A stretch of DNA of 64,000 nucleotides, taken from the NCBI GenBank assembly GCA_016618085.1, contig JABLTG010000003.1, positions 1 to 64,000 of the forward strand, in the 5' to 3' direction. A program made the position numbers and the translations under genes. Shown in pieces: positions 36,337 through 49,310 of the stretch. The notes below the pieces were generated by a model. The model saw only the letters and a list, made by a program, of their open reading frames with translations. It searched no databases and was not told where the DNA came from. Every line of letters starts with the position of its first letter. Positions within the stretch are counted from its first letter, which is position 1. Source of the DNA: Neovahlkampfia damariscottae (lineage: Eukaryota).

Positions 36337-38510
36337 ATGAAAATTTTTTTTCTTGTGGTTTTTTGTCTGCTTGTACCATTCTGTTCACCAGAAATACAAG
36401 CAGCATTAGCTAGTCCACTTCCAAAAAACTCACCAACACCATCATCATCACCAAATCCAAACACCAACATCACAACAAATAATACAACACCAAGTCCACC
36501 AACTTCATTTGGTGAATTTCAATGTGTTGTAGTAGGAGACTATTACATACAATACCGATTTGACAAAGACAGTAAAAAAAAAATAATTTTGTTAAAAAAA
36601 AATTAGCCAAACAAGTGCAAGTTGTTCCAAGTATTTGTGATTTTGCTTCAGAGTCAGGTAATTATGATGGATATGCTGCTATTTCAATGCATAAAAGAGA
36701 TGGTGTGATAAAAAATGCTTCATTCATTGTTGTTGCTTGGTAATTCTTCATAAATGTTTTAAACTTCTTTCAAAGGCTGAGTAATCAATGTAAAGACAAT
36801 TCATCAACATCATGTACTCATGTAAGACAATTAAGATCTCATGAAGATCCAACTTTAAAAGAAAATGGAGATGTTACTCCTGGATTGGTTGTTCCAGATC
36901 CAAAAGGATTTTCAAATGTAAAATTTGATGAATATTACACATTTGATTTGTTTATTGATCAAAAACTTTTAACTGAATTTCCTTATGTTACAGTTGCTTG
37001 TTCAAAATCAAAAGTAATTGAAAATGGAACAACAGAGTTTCCCAAGCATCAAAAAGTTATTACGAAATATCTGGATTTAACAAAGACAAATGCCACAAAT
37101 TATTGTGATATTTCACTTGCTTCTGCTCAAAATATGAGTGATTCAAGTATTACAATGTGGTTTGTTGAAATGTCCGCTGCTTTGATTATTTTTATGATTT
37201 TAGTGTTATGTAGAGATTTACAGCCATTGAAATCACGTGGATTAGTTCCTTATGTTGCAATTATAGCCACTTATGGTGCAGCTATGACATCATTTCAATA
37301 TCATTTAGAAGATTTAGAATTCAGGTCTCAATATTCATGCATTTTGACGGCGTATCTATACTACAACTTATTATCTGTTACTTTTTTATTGATGCCAGTT
37401 AATTATTTGCGTTATGTTCTCTTAGTGAACATAAACAAACAAAAAGAATATCTAGCAAAAAATTCAAAAGGGGTTTACTTTAAAGTTATTGGTGTTTTAT
37501 CAAAAATTACAACACCAGAATTTACATTGACTATTGTTGCAGTGTTTTTATTTGCACTTGGATTGATTGATTTTATTATCATTGTTTCACTCAATCCCAC
37601 ACTCAAATGTACAGGTACAATCTCAGATGCTCTTTCAATGTTCCATTTTTCATTTAATTGTATTTGTACTACTGCTTTAATCATTATTGGAATTTCGGAT
37701 ATCGTAGTCAATATTGTTAGATTTATTCAAAAAAGCGTTAAAACAAAATTTGAAAATTTTTTCAAGAATCTTGGAAAATTGATTTATGATTTTTACATGT
37801 TCAGTGATCCATTTTATTTTAGACTTGAACAAATTGTTGTTATATTTGTTTTTGTTCTTTATGTTACAACTGAAATTTTTTCATTTGATAATGTTTTCAA
37901 TTCAAAAACAGCAGAATATACTTATTACATCAAAAGAGTTGTTTTGTATTCAAGGACTGTTGTGAAATATCTATTTGTTTGTTATCAAGTTATCATTCCT
38001 TTAGGTTTATCTCTCATCATTTTGATCAAAAATTTCATCTTAAAATGTGTTACAAGAAAAAATGGAAATTTGACATTGAATGATTTACAAATTGTATTAG
38101 CATCAGATATTTTGAGTCCTTTATTTTTTGAATTTTCCAAACAAGAATGGTCACAAGAGAATTTATTGTGCTATAGAGATATTGATGCTTACAAAAAAAT
38201 TTCAAAAATCGAAAAGAAAAAGGAGTTTGCACTTGAAATATTTGATAAATATTTGAGTGGGACAGATGCTCCTTTAGAAATTAATATTGATCAAAGACAA
38301 TGCATTGCTTTGAAGAAAGATATGCAAAGTTGTGAAGACGACAGTATTTTTGATAACGAATTATTTGCAAAAGTTGAACAGACTGTACAAGTGAATTTAT
38401 CAGATACATTGAGTAGATTTATTATCAGTCCTGTTTATGTAAATTATGAAAGAAACACACAATATTTGCAAAAAGAATTGGCACAAAAACAATCTTTGGT
38501 TAGAGAGTAA
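36337..38510 (+). CDS. Multi-TM (7TM-like) RGS protein with signal peptide and ectodomain
   Basis: MKIFFLVVFCLLVPF; QPLKSRG after TM1; several TMs; RGS FFEFSKQEWSQENLLCY..APLEINID..NLSDTLSRF. Confidence 0.85.
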
Positions 38511-38683
38511 AATTTTTTCATCTGATTGGAAGATGAATTGAAATTGTATTTTTTTTGATACAAAAGAGATTTAATTCAATTCCTACATAAGTCTAAAAAT
38601 AAAACCTTTTCGACCAATGAGTTGATTTATAAATTTAAATTCTAAAATCATTGGTGGTTGGACAGAAAATTTTCAGCTTCAAA

Positions 38684-40279
38684 ATGAACAAGGAGAAGGT
38701 AATTATTTTAATTATACCTCTAAATAATACTATTAGTCACCAGTAATAACGTTTGGATCTTTCCAAGCAGAAGAAATTAAAAAAATAACAAAGGATTCTG
38801 ATTTTCAAGTTCAACTTCCAAATCAAAAGAATTTTACACGAAAAACAACTCAAAAACCAAAAACTTCAAAAAAAAAAGAAGAAAAGAAAGAGAACAAAAC
38901 CAAACCTCAAACAAAAAAAAAACCTGAAAAAGTAGAAAAAAAAGTTGAAAATAAACCAAAAGGCAAAGTTCAACCAGTTCAAATTGAAGTAAATTCATGG
39001 ACTGACTTATTTCAAACAACTCCAAAATCAGAACCAGAACCACAACCAGTACCATTAAAAATTGAAAAAGAAACTACAAAACAGACGAAAGAAAAACAAC
39101 AAAAACAAGAAAACAAAAAAAACAAAAAAACATACAATAGCGATGGAACAGCAATACTAAGTAATATATTTCTTAATTTTCAACTTTTTACAGAAAATTC
39201 AATTTTGAATTTAACATCTATTGATTCCGTTAACCTTCAACCAAGGGGTTTAATCAATTACAATAACTCATGCTATATTAATGCTATTTTACAAGGTTTA
39301 TTATACACACCTAACTTTTATACATTATTCAAAAATTTATCAAAACTTAAATTGGATCCAAAAATTTATCCTTTGACCAATCATTTGTAAGTTTTTCTGA
39401 TAGTTTAAAAATTGAAGATGTCATTTTGTGAGTGAATTCTCAATGATGATTAAAAAATCTACTCGAATTGATATAGGCACTAGTTTTGCTCCAACATACT
39501 TATTGAACTATTTGAATTCAAATGAAGTAAAAACAATCAAACAAGGAAGTCAACAAGATTCTCAAGAATTTTTAGGATGGCTATTAGAAGAATTACATAC
39601 TGAGTTACTCAAAACTAATGATGAAATTTTTGAAGATTCAAAAAATGATATAAAATTTGAACAAGATATTGAATGGGAAGAAGTTGGGAAGAAAAATAAA
39701 ACATCACAAATTCGTGACTTTAAACAAAAAGAAACATCAATAAGTGAAATTTTTGGCGGTAAAATTAGAAGTTCAATTAAAAAAAAAAATCAAAAACCTA
39801 TTCTATCAATGGAACCATTTTTTACTTTACATTTACCAATTGATGAATCAGTTCGTTCAATAAAAGAATCATTTCAATTGATGACCACTTTTGAAGATTT
39901 AAATGAAGGATTTTTGAAACAATTATCAATAGAAGAGTTACCAAAAGTTTTGATTTTACATCTAGAAAGATTTACTTACAACAAAGAAATGCAATCCATT
40001 GAAAAAATTACAAAGAAAATTCAATTTTATGAAGATTTGTATTTAGATAATTTTATTGTTTCAAAAACTAAAGTACCAGAAAATGATCCAAGAAGAAATT
40101 ATGAGTTATGTGCTCTTGTTTGTCATCATGGAAAAGATGCATCCATTGGTCATTATTCAACTTATATTTCCCATCCTTCTGATAAATGGGTTCATTTAGA
40201 TGATACAAATGTCTCAATTGTTTCAATCAATCAAGTTTTAAAACAACAAGCGTATTTATTGTTTTATGTGAGAAAATAA
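38684..40279 (+). CDS. Ubiquitin-specific protease, USP10/Ubp3-like
   Basis: PRGLINYNNSCYINAILQ, QQDSQEFL, WEEVGKKNK, HHGKDASIGHY, AYLLFY. Confidence 0.88.
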
Positions 40280-40283
40280 ATGT

Positions 40284-43216
40284 TTATAAATCTAAATCTT
40301 GTTGAAATTCTTTGGGAATGGTAATTTTGGTTTTTGGTTTTTCTTTGAACCTTTGAAGACGTTCTAATCTTTCTTTTTTGGATTTTGCCAATGGGGAGAC
40401 TTTTGTTGGTGTGAATGAAAATTTTTCAAAATCTATCAACTCAATCTTTTCTTTAGTTGGTGTTTTCTCTTTTTCATCAAAAAATTTCTTTTTTTTTGGA
40501 GGAGGAGATAATTGAATATCTTCTTTTTCAATTGTTTCTTCTTTCACTTCATTGATTTTTGGAACAATTTTGGATGCAATTTTTGGACTGATTGGTTTGT
40601 CGTCCGCGTCAACAAATAACTTTCTTTTCTTTGTCACAGTAACAGGTAAAGACGGAATATCAAAGTCTCCATCTGTTTTTGAATTTACAACTTTTGCTAC
40701 CTCATTATTAATAGTGCCATCTTTATTGTGGATGACATTATAAGGTAATTTTTTTCCTTTTCCCAAATGCATGAAATCTAATAAATTTGAACTAGTGATT
40801 TTAATATCTTTGAATTTTTCAATTTTCTTTGCTTTTTTTATTTCTTTCTTTGGTTTATTTTTGTTTAAATATTCTTGTTCAATTCTATCCAGTTCATCCA
40901 ATGCATCCAAATCATCTTCTGAATCATCATCGAAAATTTGAATTCTTCCTTGAGATTCTTCAGAGTCATGTACTACTCTTTCAATATTTGAAGAATCAAT
41001 ATCAATTTTCTTATGAATAAGTTCAGAGTTTGTAATACCATTCAATGAATTTTCAACAACATCTAATTTTGATTTGATTTTTGTCCAAATAATATCATCA
41101 AGTGTTTCTTTACCAAGTAAATAAGTGACAGTAACTGAATATTTTTGACCAACCCTGTGAACACGGTCTTCTGCTTGAAATAATTCACCTGGATTCCACA
41201 TTAATTCAGCAAAGATAACATGAGAAGCAGCATGTAATGTTAAACCAGTTCCAGCAGCTTTAATGGATAAAATAGCAACTAAACATTCTGGATCATTTTG
41301 AAATTTATCAGTATTTTTTTGTCTGTTCATTGTTGGAGTTGATCCATCAATTCTCATAAATCCAATTTTTTGTTTTTTCACATGAGCTTGAATTGCATCT
41401 AAAATAGCAATATGATGAGCAAATATCAAAAATTTTTGTTTATACTCCAAAATACCATCAAGATAATTGAGAACTGATTTTAATTTTGCTTGACCTGATA
41501 ATTGAAACAATTGATTGTATTCAACATTATTTTCAAATTTCTTGTCACTATGATCTTGAGGATCACTTGAATTTCTCAAATTACTTGAATTTTGTTTCAG
41601 TTTTGATAATCCTTTTTGTAGTTCACTTCTGTATTTATCTTCAATAGTAATATGAACATGTTCTCTAACTTTAGGTGGGAGATCTGTCAACACTTCATCT
41701 TTTAATCTTCTCAACATGACAGTTCTAGTTAATAGAAAATTCAGTTCATGTAAATTTGATGCCCCTTTATCATCAAATCCAAAAAGTGTGTTTGATGCAT
41801 TGCAATATCTTGTACCAAATTGATATTTATCGAACCATGTTATTTTTGAAGATAACATCATATCCAACTGAGTAAATAATTCATTTGGTCTTGAAAGAGC
41901 AGGTGTTCCAGTTATTAAAACACATCTTTTGGCAGCCTAAATCCAAAATGAGAAAAAACAGAAAAAACAGTACTTTTATGAATGGTGAAATGGTTCTATA
42001 TCTTGCAGTGGTTGGATTTTTCAAATAATGACATTCATCAATGAGTATACTTTTGAATTTTTGAGCAACAATTTTCTCATTCATACTCACAGCCAATTCA
42101 TAACTAATAATGTTGATTTTTGAATTTACACTTGATTTTCCATGAATTATTATATTAATATCTTGTGGTTTGATCCATGGCGCTAACCATTTTTCCAATT
42201 CCATTGACCAATTTACTCTTAAACTTGCAGGGCAAATAATTAGTAATGGCCAATCTTGATGGAAATAAAAACTAATAGCGATTGCTTGTATAGTTTTACC
42301 AAGTCCCATTTCATCTCCAACTGTTTAAAAAAAATGTTAATTTTTGATGCAAGTAAAATTTACTCAGTAATTTTCCTTCTCTTCGAACTCCAAAAATAAA
42401 ACCTTCTTTTTGATATTTGAAAAGAGATTTTACTAAATCAAAAGGTAATTTGTCCCAGTCAACTAAATTTTTAAGTTTTAATTCAAAATATTACTATTAT
42501 CATCATTTGTACAATCAACAATAGGAAATGCTTTAATTATGTTGAATAGAGTATCAGGAACATCATTTACTTTAATTTTTACTGGTAATTTTTCGATGTT
42601 ATATTTTAATTCTCCTTTCTTTAACATAGGTATTGTACAAATATTTTCTTCAACTTCAACAAAAAAAAGTTAAAAAAAAAAATAACAAACTAAAAACATT
42701 TCCAGATATATCTTTAATCAAAGAGCGTAATGGAAATAAGTATTCTCTTTCTTCAGGTAAAACTATTTCTAATGTATCATCTGAAATAGCTTCAAAGTTG
42801 ACAACACATTTATAATCTAATTCTGATTTCATATCACATGAGTTTGTATCATCAGGTACAAATTCATCTTGCCATATAAATAAACAAGTTGATCCTTGAT
42901 TCTTTTCAGGACAGATGAAAAAATTTCTTCCTTGATTTGGACCTGGTTTTTTCGTTGTTTTTAAAGAACAAGCAACTGAATGTACAGGACATTTTGGAAC
43001 TATAGTAGGTAAATTTGGATTTGGATCTCTTGACTTTGTTGTTTTATAACTTGAACCTCCACCTGAACTTCCAGTTGTAAAATTACCAACACCATCAGCC
43101 CAAGAAAAAAATTTACATTTTCCATTATTTGGACATGAATAGAATTGTCTTCCAATATTATTTCCTTGTTTTGAGACTGTCCTTAAAACAGCTGCGTCAC
43201 CACACTTACATTGCAT
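40284..43216 (-). CDS. SMARCAL1/ZRANB3-like SNF2 helicase with two N-terminal GRF zinc fingers
   Basis: CKCG..GRQFYSC..CKFFSW and CPVH..GPNQGRNFFIC..FIW; DEMGLGKT, DECH, TGTP, QAEDRVHRVGQ. Confidence 0.88.
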
Positions 43217-43340
43217 CGTTGCTTAGACGAAGATGATTGGATAATAAATTTTTATTGGAAAATGGAAAAAATTTTGTGTCAAATTTTCAGGATTTTAAGG
43301 TTAATTGTGGATGAATTTGTGATCAAATGATCAGCAGCAA

Positions 43341-44545
43341 TTATTTCATTCTCTTTGAAGGCAAATTCTCATCAAAATTGATTTGAGTTCTTTTTTCACT
43401 AAAATATTGAAAGTGAAATACGACATCATGCATAGGTATTTCTCTGATAAATTTAAAATATTTTTTGGAGATCCATTTGATTTCTATATCATTCTGTAAT
43501 TCGAAAGATGCAAATATCAGTGAATTACCATCTTGTTTGATTGATTCCAAAACTAATTGTCGATCATTTCTGTATTCTTTAGGTACATACTCAAGTGAGA
43601 GACCATTTTGTTTCAGAGCCTCTAAAACTACTTCTTTATCATTTCTCAATTCCTCAGATGCAAATATCACTGAACGACCATTTTGTTTGACTGCTTCTAA
43701 AACCACTTCTTTATCATTGGTTAATTCCTCAGGTGCATATTGAAGTGAAAAACCATCTTGTTTGATAGCTTCTAAAACTACTTTTTTATCATTTCTTAAT
43801 TCTGATGATGCATAGTGAAGTGAAAAACCATCTTGTTTGACAGCTTCTAAAACCACTTCTTTATCATTGGTTAATTCCTCAGGTACATATAGAAGTGAAT
43901 CTCCATGGTTTTTGACTGCTTCTAAAACCACATCTTTATCGCTTTTAAATTTATTGGAGACACGTTGAATTGAACTCCCATTTTTTTCACCGCTTCTAAA
44001 ATTACTTCTTTATCTTTTTTAATTTTTCTGCGTGCATATGTAAATGAATTACCATTTTGTTTAATTGCCTCTAAAACTATATCTTTATCATTTCGCAATT
44101 CTTTTGATGCATAGTTAAGTGAAAGGCCATCATGTTTTACTGCTTCTAAAACTACTTGTTTATCATTGTTTAATTCCTCAGATGCATAACGAAGTGATTT
44201 ATAATTTTGTTTGACTGCTTCTAAGACCACTTTTTTATCATTTTTGAATTCTGTAAATACTTCACGAAGTAATAGTCCGTCTTTTTTAACTGCTTCAAGG
44301 ACAACTTCTTTATTTTGTTGTAATTCCTTGGATGCAAAGCAAATTGAATTACCATTTTGTTTTACTGCTTCCAAAACAACTTTTTTATCGTTTTGTAATT
44401 CCTTTGATGCATAACGAAGTGTTAGTCCGTGTTGTTTAACTGTTTCAAGAACAATTTCTTTATCATTTTCAAATTCCTTTGGCAGATCATCACAAAAAAA
44501 TCCTGGTCTTCTTACTAATTCTAGGGCTTCTTTTCTTGAAAGCAT
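43341..44545 (-). CDS. DUF4116 repeat protein, frameshifted in an A7 run at 43981-43987 (pseudogene or sequencing error)
   Basis: About 25-aa tandem units (NDKEVVLEAVKQNGxSLxYASEEL) in both ORFs. One extra A restores EAVKKNGSSIQRVSNKFKSDKDVVLEAV. Confidence 0.85.
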
Positions 44546-44634
44546 TAGATTTGCAGTTGTTGTTTCAGAATTGAGTGTTCATTGGTGGAATTTAAAACCA
44601 ATCATTTGTTTCATCAGTTCAACGAAAATAAAAG

Positions 44635-46889
44635 ATGAGTTTTTGGAAACCAGGAACAGCATTTCCAGGTGCTGAAATGGAAGGTGATAGAGATGTTCAA
44701 GCTGAAGGAGGTCTAAAATATGTCTTCAATCCTAACCAGAATTTAACACTTGACTTTCAAAGACAAAATTTACCAATTTATAAACAAAGTAAATTTAAGC
44801 GTCTTGAAATTAAATTTTTTTAGGAAATACAATTTTATATGCAGTTCAAGAATATCAAGTTGTTGTTGTTTGTGCAGAAACAGGAAGTGGAAAATCAACG
44901 CGTGAGATTAATATTTTTTTCTTAATAACTTTACAGAAATACCTCAATATCTTTACGAAGCTGGATGGACTGAAAATGGAAAATTAATAGGTTGTACACA
45001 ACCAAGAAGGATTTCAGCTATTTCAGTTGCCACAAGAGTGGCAGAAGAAAAAGGTAAATCACTTGGAACATTAGTTGGATATAACATTCGATTTGATGAC
45101 CGAACAGATGACACAACACGAATTAAATACTTGACTGATGGAATGTTAGTCCGAGAAATGATGGTAAATCAACTCAAAATGGTTAAAAAATATCTTAAAC
45201 TAGTTTGATCCACTGTTAACTCAGTATTCAGTCTTAATGATTGATGAGTGTCATGAAAGATCTTTACACACAGATATAATTCTTGGATTATTAAAAAAGT
45301 ATTTCATTTCTTACTTGTAACAAAATAGAATTTTGAAAAAGAGAAAAGATTTAAAATTGGTTGTATCATCAGCAACAGCTGAAGCTGATAAAATTAGAAA
45401 TTTCTTTGAAACAAATTTAACTAATGAATCAACGAAAGACACAACTTGTATAATTTCAATTGAAGGAAGAAGTTTTAACGTTGATGTTTATTATCTACAA
45501 AATCCTGTTGGAGATTACATCAAAGCATCCTTAGAAACAATTTTACAAATTCATAAAAATGAATCAAAAGGAGATATTTTATGTTTTTTAACAGGACAGG
45601 ATGAGATTGAAAAATTGATTGAAATGATTTATGAAAATTCTTCCATCTTTAAAAAGTACGGAGATTTACTTCCATTTCCATTGTACGCTGGATTGCAAGT
45701 TTCTGAACAGATGAAAATTTTTGATAGTGCACCTACAGGATCAAGAAAAGTAATAGTGAGCACTAATATTGCAGAGACTTCAGTTACTATTGATGGTATT
45801 GTTTATGTAATAGATTGTGGTTTTGAAAAACAAAAATCATATGATCCTCGTTCGGACATTGAAAGATTATTAGTTTCAGAAATTAGTCAAGCATCAGCTG
45901 TTCAAAGAGCAGGTCGTGCTGGAAGAAATAAATCAGGAAAATGCTTTCGTTTGTATACAGAAAAAGCATTCAATAAGACTTTGAAAAAACATTCAACACC
46001 TGAAATTCAAAGAAATAATTTGGCATCTCTAGTTTTACAATTGAAATCTCTTGGAGTGGATGATATTTTAAATTTCAATTTTATTTCATCACCTCCTTCT
46101 GAAATCATGATTAGGTCATTGGAATTATTATATTCATTAGGAGCAATTGATGATTATTGTAAACTCACATATCCACTTGGAATTCAAATTTCAGAATTTC
46201 CAGTTGATCCAAAATTAGCAAAAATGTTATTGATATCAGGACAGATGAATTGTAGTGAAGAAGCTTTGATCATTGCTTCAATGTTGACTGTTCAAACTGT
46301 ATTTTCTATTTCAAGGAATGTTCAAGATCGTGTTGAAAAAGCAAAAAGAAAATTTGCTGTTATTGAAGGTGATCATATCATGATGTTAAACAGTAAGACT
46401 TAAAAATAACTAATGCAATCACTTTAAGTTTTCTATGGATTCGTCAATGAAAACAATCGAACTCAATGGTGCTATGAAAATTACATTGATCAAAAAGCAA
46501 TGATGAGAGTGTTGAAAATTCGACAACAATTGAAAGATTATTTGAAGAGATTTAGAATTCCAATGAAATCATGTGGAGATGATCTTGATTCAATACGTAA
46601 ATGTATTGTAACAGGTTATTTTTCAAATTGTGCTATAAAGCAATCAGATGGTTCATTTTTGACTATTAGAGGTTCACAAAAGTTATTCATTCATCCTTCA
46701 TCTTGTTTATTCAAATATCCACCTGAAATTGTTGTTTATTCAGAAGTCATCCAAACAACAAAACAGTACATGAGAGATGTTCTTTCAATTGAAAAAAAAT
46801 GGTTAACAGAATTGGCTCCTCATTATTATGAATATAAAGAAACTGAGAAAATGAAAGAAATAAAATCAAAATCAGAAAATTATTTGTAA
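44635..46889 (+). CDS. DHX35: DEAH-box RNA helicase DHX35-like (multi-exon)
   Basis: MSFWKPGT N-terminus, [40 protein letters not shown]. Confidence 0.88.
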
Positions 46890-46966
46890 AAAAAAATTTC
46901 AACCAATAAATTTTCAATTTGAATCAATGAAGTATTAGTTTGGTTTTTTATAAATTTGATGATAAA

Positions 46967-47425
46967 TTAACTTATATTTACATTTACAGAAATTGCAGTT
47001 GTGTTTGATATTTGAATAGAATCTGTTGAACCAACACCAATAAAACCTTTTTTTTGAAAATATCCATTTGGATGGTTAAATGTTGCAATTGTTAAATGCC
47101 ATAGATAAACTCCATGTGTTTGATCTTTTAAATAGGAAACGAGTCCTTTTATACGATTTGTTTTCAAAATTGGTTGACAATTCTGTTTACAATCAAAGTT
47201 CAATGAGTATTCTAATTTAAAATATGATTTTCCTCTTAAGTAAGCTTTTCCTTCACAAAAACAATTTTTTTCTATTTGGTAATTTTTAATGTGTATTTGA
47301 ATTGAGTCATAACTGGAGTTTGATACTGCAAAAATTATAAACAGCAGACCAGCCATGATAAAAATACCTGTCGTGATGACAGTGGCTGAGCATAAAACAA
47401 TTGCTCTTGTTCTTGTTAATTGCAT
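46967..47425 (-). CDS. Small single-pass membrane protein, unknown
   Basis: 152-aa ORF with an N-terminal hydrophobic segment. Confidence 0.55.
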   Translation of the reverse strand: MQLTRTRAIVLCSATVITTGIFIMAGLLFIIFAVSNSSYDSIQIHIKNYQIEKNCFCEGKAYLRGKSYFKLEYSLNFDCKQNCQPILKTNRIKGLVSYLKDQTHGVYLWHLTIATFNHPNGYFQKKGFIGVGSTDSIQISNTTAISVNVNIS

Positions 47426-47797
47426 CTAGCTAAATTTGTCCAATCAAATCACTTTCCAAAGTTGTTTTGGAGAAGATGAAAAGAAAAATTTCGTCGCAAA
47501 AACTTGAAAAAGTCTTGACAGAAATGAAGTCTACTGGTTATATTTATTATCCTAACTTTTAGAAATCAACTACCAAGCACTTTTGGAACGAGAAAATTTT
47601 ATTCAAAATTCAAATATTTCGATTTCAAGAATTTTGAATGTTTTACAAAAGAAAATTGAACAAAAAGATAAAAAGATTGATTTAAAAACAAATTGGTCAA
47701 AGTTTTCAGTTTTTTCCAAATAAAGCTTCATGATTTATTTTGAATTTAGATTTTTATCCAATCACTTCATCTGATTTTTTGAACCTCAACAAAATCC

Positions 47798-49306
47798 ATG
47801 AACAAAACAAATTTGTGTTTTATTTTATTTATCACTTTATTTGCTATCACTCTTCAAAAGAGAATCTTATTTTATTCTGCTTTTATCTCTCAAAGCCACA
47901 ACACTTTTCCAATTGAATTGGCAAGAAATTTATCAATAGATCATGAAATTATTTATGTTTCAGGGCATAAATATGAAAGTTGGTTCAAGGGTACAAATGT
48001 TAAATTCATCAGCACAAAAAAAGAAATTGAAAAAATATTTGAAGAAGGAGATAAATTAGCTTCATCAACAACATCAACCCCAAAATCTCTTTTCACTCTT
48101 TTGACAAAACTTTATCCAATTCATCATGATGAATTCTCAAAATTAATCGAAGAGCTCAAACCTGATTTAATTTTTACCGATGAATTTTTAACAGTGGCAA
48201 GAGACATCCTTGCTGAAAAAAAAATCAAAACTGTTTTATTTTCATCTGGACCGGAATCAATATCAGGTGTTCATGATGAATCTTTCATTGGAAATGTTTT
48301 TTTCCCTGTTGAAAAAGAACTTTTGAAAAATTATTTTTGGTTGAGACTAAAAAAGATCTTAATTTTTCCTTACATGCTAATAAGTTCAATTAAGGAGTTA
48401 AAAGGGTTTTATGAAATTCGAAGAAAACACGGTCATCAAGTTAGTATGAACATGTTTGAAGATATCAAGAAGTATCCAATCATAAGTGTTTCCTTTTTAC
48501 CATTTTCGCACCCAGAAAAGAAATTACCTTTAATTAAAATGACTGGAGGTACAATAAGAAGTCATGATTTGAAAATCAAAACAGAATTATCAAAATGGTT
48601 GGATGAAAGAGAAAAGGATGGAGTAGTTTATATCGCCTTGGGATCAGCAGCTAAATTAGACAAAAAACAATCTCAAAGATTGATGAAAGGGATTTTAAAT
48701 ATACCAAAAATTAATTTACTTTTTGTCATTAGAGATGACATGAACTTTGAAATAAATGAAGAAGAATTCAAAGAATTTAAAAATAGAATAAGAATTGAAC
48801 GTTGGGTGAATCAACAAGGAGTGTTGTCTCACAAAGCAATCAAAATATTTTTATCGCATTGTGGATATCAAAGTATAATTGAGTCTTTAAGTTTCAATAA
48901 ACCAATTCTTGGATTAGGTTTGATTAGAGATCAGATTTTGAATGCAATGAGAATTTCTGAATTGAAAATTGGATTGAAATTAAGTAGAGATGGATTCACA
49001 AGAGAAGAAGTTTCAAACAAAATTAGAGACATACTCGATAATTATGTTGAATATGTTGAAAGAGTTAAACGCTTGAATGGAATCAGAAAGTCATATGGTG
49101 GAATTAAAACAGCTGTTGAGTACATAAATTATATTTTAGAATTTGGAACTGAAGATTTGATCCCTGAAAATGTTTCTTCAATAATTTCAAAAGGTTACGA
49201 TGTTACTTTCTTTTTAGTATTTTCAGCATTGTTTGGATTTATTGTTGCTAAAAATTTAATTTGTTATTGTTGTTGTGGGAGGCAAAGAAAATTGAAACAA
49301 GAGTAA
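47798..49306 (+). CDS. UDP-glycosyltransferase (GT1), membrane-anchored UGT type
   Basis: Signal peptide, VVYIALGS, WVNQQGVLSH..FLSHCGYQSIIES..DQ signature, C-terminal TM and basic tail. Confidence 0.92.
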   Translation: MNKTNLCFILFITLFAITLQKRILFYSAFISQSHNTFPIELARNLSIDHEIIYVSGHKYESWFKGTNVKFISTKKEIEKIFEEGDKLASSTTSTPKSLFTLLTKLYPIHHDEFSKLIEELKPDLIFTDEFLTVARDILAEKKIKTVLFSSGPESISGVHDESFIGNVFFPVEKELLKNYFWLRLKKILIFPYMLISSIKELKGFYEIRRKHGHQVSMNMFEDIKKYPIISVSFLPFSHPEKKLPLIKMTGGTIRSHDLKIKTELSKWLDEREKDGVVYIALGSAAKLDKKQSQRLMKGILNIPKINLLFVIRDDMNFEINEEEFKEFKNRIRIERWVNQQGVLSHKAIKIFLSHCGYQSIIESLSFNKPILGLGLIRDQILNAMRISELKIGLKLSRDGFTREEVSNKIRDILDNYVEYVERVKRLNGIRKSYGGIKTAVEYINYILEFGTEDLIPENVSSIISKGYDVTFFLVFSALFGFIVAKNLICYCCCGRQRKLKQE

Positions 49307-49310
49307 AAGT

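Noticed and set aside
43341..44545. 75-nt periodic repeats resembling a CRISPR array
   Set aside because: The repeats are protein-coding DUF4116 units with no unique spacers and no cas genes.
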